Positions 60,018 to 64,000 of a stretch of 64,000 nucleotides of DNA are shown here, piece after piece. The position numbers and the translations under genes are program-made. The first letter of the stretch is position 1. Each line of letters opens with the position of its first letter. The DNA comes from Gammaproteobacteria bacterium (GTDB lineage Bacteria; Pseudomonadota; Gammaproteobacteria; UBA4575). The stretch covers positions 416,001-480,000 of the forward strand of contig CBDCUI010000009.1 in NCBI GenBank assembly GCA_965222615.1. Reading direction: 5' to 3'. The notes below the pieces were generated by a model. That model was not told the origin of the DNA and searched no databases. It worked only from the letters and a program-made list of their open reading frames with translations.

Positions 60018-60081
60018 CGGGTAGTGATAAGGGACGCTGAGTGTTGTTGTGTGGAGCGTTCAGTTGAGTGATTTTTTAGGC
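60012..60081 (-). other. Degenerate integron attC site
   Basis: Minus strand GCCTAAA-aaatc-ACTCAAC...CTTATC-actaccc-GTTAGAG; homologous to the site at 60773-60841. Confidence 0.65.
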
Positions 60082-60103
60082 AGTTTACCAACTTACTTAT
60101 CAT

Positions 60104-60766
60104 TTAGGTCATTACCATAATGTTCCAAATTGAATGAGCCATTATTAGTGGCCACAATTTTTTCCATTTCCAGTACACAAAAGCAAACAAGATCCCCATC
60201 GGTAGAATATGTACAGTAATTTCTGGGCCTTGGTACGTGTGATATAGCAACCTTACTAATACGCTAGCCCCAATAGCGAACATCATTCCATGATGTTTCG
60301 TTAACACAGTTATTAAATACGCTGAAACAATAAATTCTTCGAATGTAGAATTAATCACTATCATTGCAAGCGTGAATGTCAATGTGGCTTCATGATAATA
60401 ATCTGAATGCACATAAAATTTGCTAATTTTTAAGATTTCTTCAAGAACAGGAGCAACAATCATGTAAACGGTGTAATCAACAAAGAAGAGCAGAAAACCT
60501 GCACCAGTCAGTATCCAAGTGATTTCCCAGCCAAAATCATAAAGTTGATATCCTCTAACTTTTAAAAACCATCCAACAAAACAAAGAGCACATATCTCAT
60601 AAATAATTAAAAACAAAGCATCAGAATTTGTAAAAGTGTATGTTGCGGTTGCTGGGATATCCAGGACTAAAGAGTACGATGTATAAATAAAGTATCCTAA
60701 GGAAATTATCACTAGTACTACTGGTTCCCAATGAGATGGAATTCTTTGTATTAGTGAGCAGATCAT
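60104..60766 (-). CDS. CPBP (CAAX/Abi) intramembrane metalloprotease, in a gene cassette
   Basis: FEEFI, R.LYH.YQG and LWPLIMAHS motifs; ATG 6 nt after an attC GTTAGAA. Confidence 0.9.
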   Translation of the reverse strand: MICSLIQRIPSHWEPVVLVIISLGYFIYTSYSLVLDIPATATYTFTNSDALFLIIYEICALCFVGWFLKVRGYQLYDFGWEITWILTGAGFLLFFVDYTVYMIVAPVLEEILKISKFYVHSDYYHEATLTFTLAMIVINSTFEEFIVSAYLITVLTKHHGMMFAIGASVLVRLLYHTYQGPEITVHILPMGILFAFVYWKWKKLWPLIMAHSIWNIMVMT

Positions 60767-60772
60767 TCTGTT

Positions 60773-60841
60773 TTCTAACGGTTGAGCTAAAAGGCGCTGA
60801 GCACTACTGCGCGAAGCGCCCAGTTGAGTGAGATGTTATGC
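60773..60841 (-). other. Integron attC site (69 bp)
   Basis: Minus strand GCATAAC-atctc-ACTCAAC...GCGCTTCGCGC...TTTAGC-tcaacc-GTTAGAA, with canonical spacers and the extra base in the left L box. Confidence 0.85.
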
Positions 60842-60973
60842 ACTAACATAATACTGATTCTCTCGCTTATTTAGATGGAAAATAAGAGATGAGCTGATTA
60901 AGAAGGCAATTCCTAAGACCAAGCCATACACATTAAAAATACCCAGAAAATAGAACACGATGCTACCCAGCTC
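60836..60973 (-). pseudogene. 3' remnant of a membrane-protein cassette gene
   Basis: 45-codon hydrophobic frame (GSIVFYFLGIFNVYGLVLGIAFLISSSLIF...VSA*) whose TAA lies inside the attC inverse core GCATAAC. Confidence 0.6.
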
Positions 60974-60999
60974 CTAATAGTTATTAGCAGCTATATAAC

Positions 61000-61023
61000 A
61001 AAAAAGGGCCTATTAAGGCCCTT
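61000..61023 (-). terminator. Intrinsic terminator downstream of the hydrolase operon
   Basis: AAGGGCCT-ATTA-AGGCCCTT stem followed by a T-run on the minus strand. Confidence 0.75.
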
Positions 61024-61049
61024 ATTAACAACAGAATTTTATAGCTAGA

Positions 61050-61273
61050 GATATTTTGTGCTAACGAGGCCTGAGAGTTTTCGAAAGCGCAGTGTACAAA
61101 CTAGTACGTGAGCATTTCGAAAACTCGAAAACAAAGTTGACACAAAAACTATATATTTACAAATAAAGATTTTTCGTGATAACGAAGCCTGAGACTTTTT
61201 GAAGGCGCAGTGTACAAACTAGTACATGAGCATTTCGAAAAGTCGAAAACAAAGTTAGCACGAAATAGATCTG
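61050..61273 (+). repeat. Two tandem palindromic repeats, copies D (61050-61154) and E (61167-61273)
   Basis: Both carry GCGCAGTGTACAAACTAGTACRTGAGCATTTCGAAAA with compensatory stem changes. Confidence 0.88.
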
Positions 61274-62131
61274 CTATAAGTTGACTCCCGCCCATTCTGT
61301 TACAAAGTCGTTGATGCATCTTGCAACCTCATCCGGACGATCTTCCTGTACCCAGTGTCCGGCACGTTCTAAGTATTGCACGCGGGTTGGACCAGAAATT
61401 CTTTCCTTTAGCTTTTCAGCTGCCGTGCATGACATAAAGTTATCTGCCACACCCCACATCACCATGGTAGGGCAAGTAATTTTACTATGATCCACATCGG
61501 TATCTGAATTTTGTGGGTCCGCTGCGATACGAATTAAGGACTTAAATCCAGTCATACCCGGGCCCCGACCCCAAAACTGCAAATAATTTTGTTTGCAGTT
61601 TTTATCGGTAAACGGTGACCCGTCATAACTACCCATGCGCATTAAGGCTGGAAATCCTGCAACGGCCTGTCCTAGTGCCATCTCTAACACTTCATCTGGC
61701 GCACCATCTAAACCTGCCAAGGCCTCTACTTCACACACCGGCCATTGATCAAAGCAAACTGGATTAATTAACACTAGTCGAGAAATATAGTCGCAATATT
61801 TAGTTGCAAATACTTGCGCGACACCGCCACCATGATCGTGAGCAACTAGTATGACTTTGCCTTTTAAGCCAAGGCCTTCAATAACGCCTTTCACTGCCTC
61901 TGCTTGATTCATAAACGAGTGCTTAAATTGATCTAATGGCATGTCGGACTGCCCATAACCCACCATATCCATGGCAAGGGTTCGATATTGTGGAAGCATA
62001 GCCTGTACATGTCTCCATAATCTCGCATTCGTAGGAATTCCATGCACCATCAGCAACGTGGTATCTCCGCTACCACTTTCTTCTATATTTATATTGATTT
62101 TCAATCCATCTACTGTTACTTCTTGTTTCAT
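61274..62131 (-). CDS. Alpha/beta hydrolase (epoxide hydrolase / dehalogenase-like)
   Basis: HGIP oxyanion motif, AHDHGG Asp nucleophile, AGHWVQED catalytic His; AGGAGGAG RBS. Confidence 0.9.
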   Translation of the reverse strand: MKQEVTVDGLKININIEESGSGDTTLLMVHGIPTNARLWRHVQAMLPQYRTLAMDMVGYGQSDMPLDQFKHSFMNQAEAVKGVIEGLGLKGKVILVAHDHGGGVAQVFATKYCDYISRLVLINPVCFDQWPVCEVEALAGLDGAPDEVLEMALGQAVAGFPALMRMGSYDGSPFTDKNCKQNYLQFWGRGPGMTGFKSLIRIAADPQNSDTDVDHSKITCPTMVMWGVADNFMSCTAAEKLKERISGPTRVQYLERAGHWVQEDRPDEVARCINDFVTEWAGVNL

Positions 62132-62160
62132 AACTCCTCCTTTTTTTATTTTAATAAATA

Positions 62161-62754
62161 CTATTGAGCATGTTGCTCTAATGTTTTAATGATTGTTTTA
62201 GTATAAGCTCTTAAAAATTCAACCGAATCTGCTGACTTGCTCATAACACACATACCTTGTGCACTACCAGTTAAAAACTTAGCAAGATCGCGCAAATCAG
62301 AATTGTTTGATAGTTTTGACTCCTTTTTAGCACGTGATAATGCATTATAAAAAGTTTGCTCCATTTTCTTAAAATAAAAAGAAACCTTTTCTGAAACTTT
62401 TTTATTTTTAGGAACAAGCTCAATTTGTGAATTCATCATAAGACATGTGAAATCACCTTTTGAATCGATCAAAAATTTTTCTAGCGATTCGAAATAATCT
62501 CGAATTCCTTGAAGTCCATTTTTGTGATCATCAATTTTCTTCATACGCTGTAAAAAAACTTCGTCACGATATTTATCCAATGCTTTTAGATATAAGCCTT
62601 GTTTACCTCCAAAAGTCTCATACAAATTAAATCTGTTAATACCTGCCTCATTAATAAGATCTTCGACAGAAGTCTTTTTATAGCCTCGCTGCCAAAACAA
62701 ATGCATTGCTCGGTCAATAATTTCTTCATAATCGATTTGAGGTCTGCGCGGCAT
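62161..62754 (-). CDS. TetR family regulator (NemR/ComR-like)
   Basis: RAMHLFWQRGY..TS..DL....GINR..LY..FG.K motif. Confidence 0.93.
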   Translation of the reverse strand: MPRRPQIDYEEIIDRAMHLFWQRGYKKTSVEDLINEAGINRFNLYETFGGKQGLYLKALDKYRDEVFLQRMKKIDDHKNGLQGIRDYFESLEKFLIDSKGDFTCLMMNSQIELVPKNKKVSEKVSFYFKKMEQTFYNALSRAKKESKLSNNSDLRDLAKFLTGSAQGMCVMSKSADSVEFLRAYTKTIIKTLEQHAQ

Positions 62755-62766
62755 TATTATAGTTAT

Positions 62767-62811
62767 TTCTGAATGATTGTTCAGAATAAATCGTTATAAG
62801 TTTACTGTCAA
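62767..62811 (-). promoter_or_regulatory. tetR-hydrolase promoter and operator
   Basis: TTGACA, 17 nt spacer, TATTCT on the minus strand; TTCTGAA-N6-TTCAGAA palindrome at 62767-86. Confidence 0.75.
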
Positions 62812-62916
62812 TTAAGCACAAATATTGATCAAAAAGAATAGATATAAAAATAAGATTCCAACTTCTGGAATCAATAATTTGTTAGCTTTTAAGCCTTTAA
62901 TTAGATTTTGTAGAAT

Positions 62917-62951
62917 AAAAAAAAGCAGATGAGCTTTCACTCATCTGCTTT
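62917..62951 (-). terminator. Intrinsic terminator of the Rrf2 gene
   Basis: GCAGATGAG/CTCATCTGC stem with T8 on the minus strand. Confidence 0.85.
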
Positions 62952-62972
62952 CTAATGTTTGCGGAAAAAACT

Positions 62973-63446
62973 TTATGCAGCGGTCCGTTTAGGGAACATG
63001 TGATCACGATTGGTGCCATTAGCACGCTGCCTTAACGCTTGATACTCAGGTTTTTCAGTAAACTCACCGAGACTCACGCTACTCAGGTATTTATATATCT
63101 TATCGCTAAGCTCATCCCAAATGATATGGGTAACACAGCGGTCATCATATTGCATAGCGAGTTCAGAATGTTCGGGCTGTGGTTGAACAGTTTCATCAAT
63201 TGCACTGATCACCTGAGCGATAGAAATCTCATGCGGTGAGCGGGATAAACGATAACCTCCACCTGGTCCACGAACTCCTACTACCAATCCACCTTTACGC
63301 AGCTTGGCAAATAATTGTTCTAAATATGACAGTGAAATCCCCTGACACTGGGAAATATCTGCCAATGTTACAGGTTTGTATTTGTCATTAATTGCAAGAT
63401 CCATCATTGCGGTAATTGCATGACGAGCTTTTGTCGATAGTTTCAT
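62973..63446 (-). CDS. Rrf2 family regulator, IscR-like
   Basis: MKLSTK.R.A.TAM.DLA, QGISLSYLEQLFAKLRK and RGPGGGY motifs. Confidence 0.92.
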   Translation of the reverse strand: MKLSTKARHAITAMMDLAINDKYKPVTLADISQCQGISLSYLEQLFAKLRKGGLVVGVRGPGGGYRLSRSPHEISIAQVISAIDETVQPQPEHSELAMQYDDRCVTHIIWDELSDKIYKYLSSVSLGEFTEKPEYQALRQRANGTNRDHMFPKRTAA

Positions 63447-63621
63447 AATTTTTCACCTTCTACCTTGAATGGCAAAATTCCGTATGGCCAACCATAAACC
63501 ATGTAATATGATGGTTATTTTAACATCAACTAGATAATTGAAAATGTCGACTGAGCCAAATTATAGGAATATTTATTATTCTTATTTATCAACAAGTTAC
63601 AATATATAGATAACTTGATCA

Positions 63622-64000
63622 CTAAGCAATAGTACTGGAACTGGCAGTACCCTGCAATGGTATTTCCACATTTTCGGTAAGTAGATGATTTCGCCTAGAT
63701 TTGTTCTTAACATGGAAGGAATGGCCTTGTCGGTCACAGTACGACAACCACTTATACAGGAATCGATTCATGCGCCAGCGCTTTAACAAGGTCGGATCTA
63801 TTTTATAGTTAAATGCAGCAAAATTAGGGTTTTGACGTCGATAAGACTGGCTCATTACTTCTGCTTGAAGCGCGTCGTAATAGATCCTTAGCTTTAAGTC
63901 TGGATACGCTAAAAATCCAACCTCTGCATTGGAAAAATAATAGGTCATTGCTATGGTGGTGGTATATTTTGTTTCTTCCAGCACTTGAAGATACAGATCC
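63622..64000 (-). CDS. DUF1249-like protein, 5' end beyond the window
   Basis: KYTTT, PDL..RIY.DA..AEV, RW.MNRFL.KWL.YC..QGH pattern. Confidence 0.8.
   Translation of the reverse strand, partial: DLYLQVLEETKYTTTIAMTYYFSNAEVGFLAYPDLKLRIYYDALQAEVMSQSYRRQNPNFAAFNYKIDPTLLKRWRMNRFLYKWLSYCDRQGHSFHVKNKSRRNHLLTENVEIPLQGTASSSTIA

Noticed and set aside
61050-61273. Tandem repeats as a possible CRISPR array
   Set aside because: Only two units of about 105 bp, no unique spacers and no cas genes; they belong to the dispersed palindromic family.
979-63239. Numerous 60-130 aa ORFs antisense to or out of frame within long genes
   Set aside because: Shadow ORFs of well-supported genes, with no independent coding evidence.

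Overview
A 64 kb chromosomal segment of an AT-rich (visually about 35-40% GC) gammaproteobacterium. Positions 1-48.6 kb are mostly core genes: nudJ-like 3' end, mnmA, hflD, acnA, fumC, purB, a GldA/F/G-like ABC system, the lolC/E-lolD-comEC-exbBD-msbA-lpxK-ycaR-kdsB-nudF cluster, aguAB, a complete ccmABCDEFGHI operon (ccmD is missing from the ORF track), mfd, csiV, a thioinosine/MTA phosphorylase, hpt, mscS and nagZ. Positions 48.7-61.3 kb form an accessory hotspot. It holds a TetR/cytochrome P460 pair, an intact IS3-family element, a 3.3 kb island remnant bounded by a 52 bp perfect direct repeat, a toxin-antitoxin islet between mdh and a duplicate of the mdh 3' end, and two integron attC sites with no integrase. 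The strongest novel signal is that the island's direct repeat looks like the 3' half of an unannotated small RNA of about 97 nt. This candidate has a sigma54-type promoter, an IHF-like site, upstream repeats, two exposed anti-Shine-Dalgarno motifs and an intrinsic terminator, and the island appears to have integrated at its hairpin loop. Other items: six copies of a covarying palindromic repeat, an orphan twin-arginine Asn/Gly-rich peptide whose upstream region shares a 23 bp motif with that of the sRNA, and several proteins with degenerate ligand or catalytic sites. All calls come from reading the sequence; no database search or folding program was run.
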